A stretch of 63,526 nucleotides of DNA, filler included, from Globobulimina sp. (lineage: Eukaryota), in assembly GCA_003354225.1 (NCBI GenBank). It is 14 parts of 14 records of this genome, joined end to end, with 100 filler letters (N's around TTAATTAATTAA, not from the genome) between each part and the next. Parts side by side here need not be neighbours in the genome. Positions count along the whole stretch, not along the records: positions 54,544 to 58,985 come from PIVH01001243.1; positions 59,086 to 63,526 come from PIVH01001244.1; 12 more parts are not named here. The stretch is one strand, 5' to 3'. Positions within the stretch are counted from its first letter, which is position 1; each line of letters begins with the position of its first letter. The translations under genes and the position numbers were made by a program. This document shows, in pieces, positions 55,552 to 63,526 of this stretch. Under the pieces are notes generated by a model. It saw only the letters and a list, made by a program, of their open reading frames with translations, made no database searches and had not been told where the DNA came from.

Positions 55552-58500
55552 TTATTCATCTGATTCACTTTCAGATGATTCATCATCATCAGAATCGCCT
55601 TCATATTCATCTTCTTCTTCATCCTCATCTTCATCATTTTCTTGTTCCTCGTTCTGATGCAGTTTATATATTTTTTTTTCTTCGAGTCCTCGTTCCGATT
55701 TTAACGATCGAATATCAAAAGAGTGTCCACGTCCGGTTGAATGAAGATACATTTTCGATTTCAGTAACCATTCATCCAAAATACTTTTCAATTTCGGTAT
55801 TTTATCCGCAACGGATATCCATTGTTTCTTTGATGCATCGGAGGCATTAAATTGTCCGCATTTCTTTTGCACTCTATACAAAACTCTGTGTAACATTCGT
55901 GACACAATTTCAATTTGATTCAAATGGCTGACAATATGTTTTGCATTGTGATTGTCGACAAATTTTGATATTTTATGCATACATTTTGTAAACATTATGG
56001 TCGCGGAATTGATGACATATCCAGTGGTCTTAGCTGTGTCCAAAGAGGATATAATCTTTGTCAACTCATTAAAATGTGCAATGCATTTGGTATGAAATGT
56101 CAATCCAACATCATTTCCAATTGAATAGGAGCCATATAATGAGGTCGTACATTCTAGCATTGGTTTTAAAAAATGTGATATGGTTTTTTTATTCAACAAT
56201 GAATGCCATTTATTAATATTCCGGTCTTCGATCGAATTAATGGCTTTATAGCATTCTGCCACTTCTTGCAATGATTCTCTTTCATTTTCACAATTTTTCA
56301 AATAAAAACTTACAATTTGTCCTACATTTGACGCATTTTTTATTTGTCCCATATATCCATCGCCAGTTCGGCCGAGTAACATATCGCAACAAATTGATTT
56401 TATTTTAGCTTTGTAATCTGAACGAGTTTCGCTATCAAAACGTGAATTTTTCAGAATAATTTCCATTAAACATAAAATTTTTACTGCCACGTTCAAATCT
56501 TGTACAAAACCACATATTTTCTCCAACATTTTAATCAAATTCACACTCATTTCTGTAAATGATAAATCGTCCATATCCTCGTCATCATCATCAACAATAT
56601 CAGAGTTATATAAATTTTTTAACAATTTACTATCAAATATTTTCTTATTCGATACCAATTCAAATTGTTTATACTTAAATAATTTCGTCAAACATTGAAT
56701 AAAAATCGCAAAACAATCCTCAATCAAAGCCGGCAATGTTCGAAAATGTGCCACTTTTTCTTGATTTTGTCGATCATCCTCAAGGACGCCATGGATGGTT
56801 TGGATAAAAGTAATCAATGAATAGATTTGTTTGGCTATGAAACCAAATATAAATCCATATCTTTGCAATAACAAAACTGGCGTATACTCAATAATACTTT
56901 CTGTGACTTCCTTGCTGACAAATCCTTTCCTCGCAGACTGATTATTGACAATTTCAATGGCTTTGTTACAAAAATCGCGTAATAAAAAATGAAATCCTTT
57001 CAATGAAATCATGGCTGTAAAATGGCGATTGGCCGTCGATACATCACCACATCGACGGAGCGCTCGTTTAAAGTAATTCCGATCCAATATCTCAAATTGC
57101 AATAAAACAGAAACGGATAAATCCAAAGCACGAAAGTATGGCTCTACTTTTGTTAAAGCACTGCGAGTGTCGGAGGATTTTGTTTTGCTTTTCTTTGATT
57201 TTACTTTTGCTGCTTTGACTGGTTTTTTTTTCTTTTTCTTTGCAGCTTTTCTTTTCTTTTTCCTTTTACTCAGTTGTTTTTTGGGTGATTTCTTTTTTTT
57301 ATTTTTATTACGATTATTATTGTCTTCATCATCTTCCTCTGAATCTATCATCAATTTATCATTGCTGCCGTCATCATCATCGGTCATAGTCAGATTATCC
57401 TTTCTTTCGCCAACTTTTTTTTTCTTTTTCTTGTCAAACGATAACATTTTTCTTTTCCATGGCGGTGAATTGAGCCATGTTTGTTGTTTATTTTTGGAGG
57501 GAATAAAGGAAGGAAGGAATTGTTTATTTATATTTATGCTCATAAATGTTTCCAATTTGCTTTGCAAACAAACCAAATGATCCAACCGATGACAGAGTCG
57601 CGTCTCAAGTTTGCGCAGTCTCCGATGTGATGGCTGTGATATATTATTATTCTCCGCATTGTGATTATGTTCCATTTCGTTCCTACAAATTTGCCCATAT
57701 TCGGAGCAAAACATGTTTAATAACTCAGCGATACAATTAATTGCAGAGAATATAGAATCGCCCATAATCTGCCGAGTAATCTTACCTTTGTCAATACAGA
57801 ATCTTCGCTGTAAATCAGTGGCATCGAACATGACCAACGGCGCAGTTAAAAATGAATCAATACGCTCCAGATCACCGTGGGAGGCATTGCATAGGATACC
57901 AAATAACCGAAATAAGGGACTAAAAACCCACATTAATTTCTGCGAATCCTGAGCCACAAAAATCGGTGCGATGCGAAAATATATTTTATTATTGGACGTG
58001 TCGTCATTATCTGTGGTATATTCTGTTGCTTCTGAATCTATTCCAGAACTATTCCTTATTTGTGGCTTTCTGCCACTTAAATTGAGCCACATTTGTGGCT
58101 TTAAATCGTTTCTCTCGAATTGTGGTTGTTGTGTGATCATTGACTGTGAGCCATCGCCTTCACTGCGCATCACCCACGACTCAGATATCATATCTTTGGC
58201 GGTCTCATATAATTCTTTTAATACATCTTTGTGAATGGGATAAAATGCAGTGAATGCACTCTCGTCTTCCATTTTGAAATCATTATCAATATCATTATCA
58301 TGCTGATTCTGTGTGTACTCATTCCAAGAAATGACATTTTGATTATAATTCCTCGAATGTTCGATCATTAAACTTAATTCATCGCAAAAAATAGCAAACA
58401 ATTGCACGTTTTTATGTGCATTATTCACAATTTTCTTGACTAAATTATTGGCGTTCTCTATCGCATTGGTTGTGTGAACTGCGTATTTGGTAGAAATTGT

Positions 58501-58985
58501 ATAAATTAATTGAATGCAACCCACAATTCCCGCTTGTTGCTGGTGTAAAAAGCCAGAATGTGCCAATTGTTTTGTCACCAAATTCATTAAATTGTTGCCA
58601 ATTTGCAGTTCATTATTACTGTCAATATGAATGGACAATAAACTGATTATTTTATACAATAATCGGACCTGCGAATTATTAAAACTTTCGATATAATCAC
58701 ATAGTAACATTATCTGTGTCTGATACCGCTTTATAGAGCCATGATTTTGCAGTGTTAATTGCAGCAATAAATGCAATGAATTATTCACTTCAATCTGTGT
58801 CCCACTACCAATGGACGACGTGATTGAACTTATTAATTTCGACTGGTATTTGTCATTGGCGCCGGTACCCATGGCTCGGTACAATATCTTATATAACAAC
58901 TCACCACATTTGCTGACAACGGCACTCTTACTTTCCAGCATGCTCTGTGCCAAAAACAACACAGAATCAAAGACCTGAAGCAAGC
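55552..58985 (-). CDS. FANCD2: Fanconi anaemia group D2 protein homologue (5' partial)
   Basis: LCDYIESFNNSQVRLLY, LVTKQLAH...QAGIVG, FSPLFRL....HGDLERIDSFLTAP, SAINCIAELLNMF, YFRALDL and an acidic tail. Confidence 0.82.
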
Positions 58986-59085
58986 NNNNNNNNNNNNNNN
59001 NNNNNNNNNNNNNNNNNNNNNNNNNNNNNTTAATTAATTAANNNNNNNNNNNNNNNNNNNNNNNNNNNNNNNNNNNNNNNNNNNN

Positions 59086-60033
59086 AACGCAGATCCAGAC
59101 GACACAGATAATTGCAATAAAACTAATACTGACAATATCCATATTGAAACTTTCAACAATGAGAGGAAAAAACATACACAACAACGCAAACAACATATCA
59201 AACGGCATGAAAATGTAATCAATCAAAGAACATTCCATCCCCCAAATGAATCAGAATCAAATTCACAAACACACAGCGATTCGGGTTCAGACACTGATTC
59301 AGATACTGATTCAAGTTCTACTTCAACAGATTCTGAGCAACAACGAAGGCGATCGCGAAAACGAAGGAAGAAACGGCATAAAAAAAGACGTAAACACAAA
59401 CATAAACATAAACGCAAACGCAAACATAGAAAACATAGCAAACACAAAAAACATAAACATAAACACAAACGACATGAAAGCTCCTCAGACAGTGACAGTG
59501 AGAGTGGCAGTCACAGTGAGTCCGCATCGCCAACGCCGAAACCAGTGGTTATGAAAGATTTTGCCGATGAGGACAAAGGCGACAATGCTGAGTTAGTATG
59601 GATAGAAAATGAGAATGATATTTCAAATGAGAGTGAGAGTGACAGTGATATTGAAATTGGAGATAATAACATTGGACCCAAACAAATTGATGATGTGACC
59701 TCGAAATTGGACCGGCGGGATTACGGTGGTGCGATGCTGCCAGGTGAGGCCGATGCGATTGCCAATTTTGTGCAACGTGGCATGCGGATTCCGCGCAGAG
59801 GCGAAGTGGGATTGACCTCGCATGAGATTGCTGCGTTTGAAAATACTGGCTTTGTTATGAGTGGCTCGAGGCATAAACGAATGAATGCTATTCGAATTCG
59901 AAAGGAAAATCAGATTTATTCTGCGGAGGAGAAGCGTGCTCTGACTATGGTCAATTTTGAGGAGAAATTGAATCGGGAAAAGAAGTTAATGGCGCAATAT
60001 CAAAAGGTGCTTAATGAGAAAATGAAAAAGTAA
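59086..60033 (+). CDS. NKAP: NKAP-like protein (5' partial)
   Basis: YGGAMLPGEADAIANFVQRGMRIPRRGEVGLTS.EI..FE..GFVMSGSRHKRMNAIRIRKENQIYSAEEKRAL. Frame is open from the contig start through Ser/Asp and Lys/His-rich tracts. Confidence 0.95.
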   Translation, partial: NADPDDTDNCNKTNTDNIHIETFNNERKKHTQQRKQHIKRHENVINQRTFHPPNESESNSQTHSDSGSDTDSDTDSSSTSTDSEQQRRRSRKRRKKRHKKRRKHKHKHKRKRKHRKHSKHKKHKHKHKRHESSSDSDSESGSHSESASPTPKPVVMKDFADEDKGDNAELVWIENENDISNESESDSDIEIGDNNIGPKQIDDVTSKLDRRDYGGAMLPGEADAIANFVQRGMRIPRRGEVGLTSHEIAAFENTGFVMSGSRHKRMNAIRIRKENQIYSAEEKRALTMVNFEEKLNREKKLMAQYQKVLNEKMKK

Positions 60034-60102
60034 ATATTTAAAATAATTATCCTTGCACGCACAGCACGTTTATATACACAGTTTGTTTGAGCGGTGATGT
60101 AT

Positions 60103-60621
60103 TTATTCTGCTTTTTCAATTTTGCTTAATTTACCTCTGATTCTGAATAGCGCATTGAATTGACACTGCAAAACAAGAAATGGCACTACAATCCATATGC
60201 CGTTTGGAATGATATAAAAAATAATTAAACGAGATATTGGATTATGTTTTGTATGAATGAATCCAGTTTCTCCGCCACAAATATTCACCAATAAATATAT
60301 AACAGTCTTCCAAAATGTACATAAGGTTGCTATAAAACACCATGCATTGCTTAAAGCTGTGTTTGAAGTAAAATGATAAAAAATTGCAATCAAATTAAAT
60401 ATCATTTCAACAAGATTAAGATATGATTGTGCAATTACAAATCCATCATGTAAAAGACCATACGCTTTGTCAATATGAATATAAATATTAGTATATGGTT
60501 TGTAAATGGTCCATTTAAATGACTCTGGTCTGTTGAGAATAAACATTGCGTCCATCGTTACTACAATACTTGTTACAAGTAACCACGTGATAATCCATGC
60601 TGGCAGACGTTTGAAGGTCAT
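60103..60621 (-). CDS. EXPERA/EBP-like four-TM membrane protein
   Basis: D.MFILNRP, YKPY..YIHIDKAYG, FVIAQSYLNLVE, TFWKTVIY, YIIPNGIWIVVP. Confidence 0.75.
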   Translation of the reverse strand: MTFKRLPAWIITWLLVTSIVVTMDAMFILNRPESFKWTIYKPYTNIYIHIDKAYGLLHDGFVIAQSYLNLVEMIFNLIAIFYHFTSNTALSNAWCFIATLCTFWKTVIYLLVNICGGETGFIHTKHNPISRLIIFYIIPNGIWIVVPFLVLQCQFNALFRIRGKLSKIEKAE

Positions 60622-60880
60622 GTCAGAAGCACGAAAGTTTTTTTATTTTAGATATTTTTTGTTCATGGCTTCTTACAAAGTACATTCGAGAGTGGATAAT
60701 GTCAAAATTAATAAAAAATTCAAAAATAAGCAATCCGGATATCGACCAAAAGCTTGCCAATATGGAGACATGTTAATTATTCATCTATTGTGATTTATAT
60801 AATATACTAATACCAAACTCATATATATGACTGATTAAAGATGGACTCCTGAGTCATACCCATCGACTGTAAGGCGGAAA

Positions 60881-62554
60881 ATGAAAAACAATGCAATGAG
60901 AAGATATTATGAGGAATGGATGGACTGTGAACTGCACAGAGATTCAGATTCTATCATTGTTTTAGACCATGACAATTATGATAATATTCCCATATGGCAA
61001 TGCAAACTATGCACATACTTAAATGTGGAACGATTAGCATTCTGTGCAATGTGTAATCATCCGTTTAATTTTAATTTCACGCACAACGAAACTAATATAA
61101 ATTATATAACATATAACAGATACAATTGTAATCCATATCGGTTCAATTCAAAAAATAATCGAAAACGAAAACGAATTCGAAAGAGAAAGAGAAACAAAAA
61201 AATATCAAAATGCTCCAATACAGATTTCAAAGTGTATTGGGATAAAATGAATGAAATAAAACAATTTCAATTAAAATATTGGCAGCTTTCGGATAATCAA
61301 TGTGTTGAACAGCAAATCAAACAGAAACCAAAGTTACCAAACAAACATAAAGTATATCTATCAAAGATTTTTGTAACTCATCCATACACAACATATCATG
61401 CTAAGAATTGGCATAAATCGGAAAGTGAAAGAACAGAAATTTGGAGCACAACATTTAATTACAATCATAAAATGATGAAAATCACATTGTATCAAACTGA
61501 TGGTATGAATAAATATTATGACCTACAAACTATCACCAATATCCCCATTATGTTCGATAGTAAGATCTTCTCTCAATTACGGCCGCAGCGATCTGCGCTG
61601 GATACGATAAGGAATAAAGTTTATACTGTCATTAGGGAGCAACTGCAACAGGAAAAATGTGAATTTGCAGCAAAATCTATTTTATGTGGTTATAATGATA
61701 TCGATACATTGGATTTGAGTGGGTATAACAAACTTTATTCTGCGAAAGAATTACGAGTTAAAGCGAGAGAACATTATGAAGAAAATCATATTTTTAGAAA
61801 CAGATTTGTGTCGAATGAACATGACATGAATATTGAGGTTAAATTTTTGATTTTAAATCATCGATTGCAGCAAGTGATGGTTGATATAAATATTAAGAAT
61901 GGTGCTTGTATTGAGTATGAGTGTAATACCACGACTCAGCGAGGACTAAACATGTTTGGTATTAAAGATATGGCACTATTTCAATTATGTCAGGGTTGTT
62001 TTAATTGTGAGGGACAATTGAGAGCTAAAAATACTGTGGTTTGGTTGCATAATTATACAAAATATTGGGCGTTGGATTGCCAATATTGGGCAGTGGATTA
62101 TACAAAAGAATCTGGTGCCGATCGTGTCAGTATACAGAGTATAGAGAGTGTGCTACGAGATGTATTCCCCAAAGATATCTGCAGGATTGCATTAGGATAT
62201 TTATATTATGATTTGATATTGATTGTGCAAGGCAAAGTAGACAAGAATTGGAAGAACTTTTGTGTAGTTGGGGATGATGCACGTGCAGTTGGCAGAACTT
62301 ATTCGCCTTATTGGACGTATAAATATCGATATTATGATTGGAAGAGATATTTTGGATATAGTGATAAGTCTGGGCATGTTCGATATTTTGATAAGCGTTC
62401 CGGAATGGAAGGTATTGGCTGGGCAAAAGTAACAGAGTGTGGAGACCATATCAATGAATACAATTGGTTGGATGATTATTCCACTGGGAGTAGCGCACCA
62501 ATCCCTGATTTGTTTCAATTGTTTGGCCATTCTGATTCGGATTCTGATTTTTGA
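60881..62554 (+). CDS. Hypothetical protein with an N-terminal RanBP2-type zinc finger
   Basis: WQCKLCTYLN.....CAMC and a basic NLS-like tract; 557-aa ORF (frame may begin at ATG 60841-region exon). Confidence 0.65.
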   Translation: MKNNAMRRYYEEWMDCELHRDSDSIIVLDHDNYDNIPIWQCKLCTYLNVERLAFCAMCNHPFNFNFTHNETNINYITYNRYNCNPYRFNSKNNRKRKRIRKRKRNKKISKCSNTDFKVYWDKMNEIKQFQLKYWQLSDNQCVEQQIKQKPKLPNKHKVYLSKIFVTHPYTTYHAKNWHKSESERTEIWSTTFNYNHKMMKITLYQTDGMNKYYDLQTITNIPIMFDSKIFSQLRPQRSALDTIRNKVYTVIREQLQQEKCEFAAKSILCGYNDIDTLDLSGYNKLYSAKELRVKAREHYEENHIFRNRFVSNEHDMNIEVKFLILNHRLQQVMVDINIKNGACIEYECNTTTQRGLNMFGIKDMALFQLCQGCFNCEGQLRAKNTVVWLHNYTKYWALDCQYWAVDYTKESGADRVSIQSIESVLRDVFPKDICRIALGYLYYDLILIVQGKVDKNWKNFCVVGDDARAVGRTYSPYWTYKYRYYDWKRYFGYSDKSGHVRYFDKRSGMEGIGWAKVTECGDHINEYNWLDDYSTGSSAPIPDLFQLFGHSDSDSDF

Positions 62555-62682
62555 ATGACTCAGCAATTTGCCTCATGGTTCTCCTTTGAAATTGAGTATA
62601 TAAATGGAATTCTCCTTTTCCAACCATTTAAAAATGGAATTAAATTATTAAAATTAACTCACTGTTTTTTCAACTAACGAAT

Positions 62683-63526
62683 ATGGCAGAATCAATTGAA
62701 CCGGTAGGCACCAATCAAGATGACGCTAATCTGTCTAATCAACGAGATGACGCTTATGAAGATGACAACCAAGATAAGCCTTTATCGCCCTCATTTGTAG
62801 CTTCTGATTCCGAAGCAGATGACAATAAATTAAAAAGCCCTTCATGCCCAGGACAACCAACAGCAATTTCCTTCACGACCTCCCTTTCCCATCATGATAA
62901 AAGTAAAACCGTAACAAATGTACAAAACCTGTTTCAAAAAGGTGAACAACCAAAAACGGATAAATATGAAATATGGGCATGGTATTGTTATGATTGTTAA
63001 GTATAAAATTATGTTTAAAAAAGCCCAAAAACATACCTCAAAATTAAAAAGGGGCAAACTCTCCGTTTGGAGGAGTCGCAACGTCGTTATTAATACCATT
63101 ATTATTAACCAATTTGGCAGAAGAATACGGATGCAGTCAAGCGGCATATGGCTGTGATATAAATGCGCATAATATTGAGACCCAGCAACTAATCCAAGTC
63201 TCTGTTGGTGTGTGGGAATTGAAAGCAACCTCTTATGCAGCGGCAATGATCGGTTTGTCCTCCTTAATCCAAGCCGTTGTGTACTTATTCGTAGGTCCTT
63301 TAGCTGATTATGGTCGCTATCGAACATTATTATTTCGTATCACCTCCATCGGCGCTGGAATTGCCACTTGTTTGTATGTCTTTTTTGGTGATAAATCATT
63401 ATGGCAATTTGTGGGATGGTGGACTGTCATAGCAACAGTCATATATGGTTTAAGTATCATATTTTACAACTCGTGGTTGCCGCTACTGGTGGAAACGCAT
63501 GAAGATATTAGCAGTGACTGCAAGAA
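62683..63526 (+). CDS. Atg22/UMF1-like MFS transporter (3' partial)
   Basis: Removing intron 62996-63051 gives WAWYCYDWANSPFGG; downstream VLIVGPLADYGRYR and FYNSWLPLLVE. Confidence 0.85.

Noticed and set aside
59390-59475. AAACAY hexamer run (also CAAACA in the SF3B4 intron, 41268-41295)
   Set aside because: An ordinary low-complexity Lys/His tract of NKAP and an intronic microsatellite; not telomeric.

Overview
This window is not one locus. It is 14 unrelated contigs of 4450 down to 4441 bp, sorted by length and joined by an artificial 100-bp linker (44 N + TTAATTAATTAA + 44 N), so adjacency across linkers is meaningless. Most contigs are AT-rich, gene-dense DNA from a microbial eukaryote with short (about 55-90 nt) GT-AG introns. 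A foraminiferan/rhizarian-like protist is my inference, not a proven assignment. Recognisable eukaryotic genes include a TBC+PH RabGAP, MetAP1, kinesin, SF3B4, 7TM-RGS, Spt3, FANCD2, NKAP, an Atg22-like MFS, a NIPA-like transporter, a MaoC dehydratase and a bacterial-type LysA. Contig 2 is an essentially complete Ty3/Gypsy LTR retrotransposon. Contig 8 is bacterial and carries a RIT (Recombinase-In-Trio) element. Two contigs join bacterial-type fragments (an NRPS condensation domain, a surface protein) to eukaryotic DNA and are probably chimeras. The best candidates for something undescribed are: (1) a four-gene RIT variant whose Cys-rich leader ORF overlaps three degenerate DNA repeats with a 69-bp period, one of them beyond the stop codon; (2) two divergent tRNA-like cloverleaves flanking a 24-bp tandem repeat; (3) a dispersed ~55-65-bp palindromic element found on two contigs; (4) a eukaryote-embedded LysA whose C-terminus, in a shifted frame, ends in the peroxisomal signal -SRL. 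All family calls come from reading motifs by eye; no searches were run.
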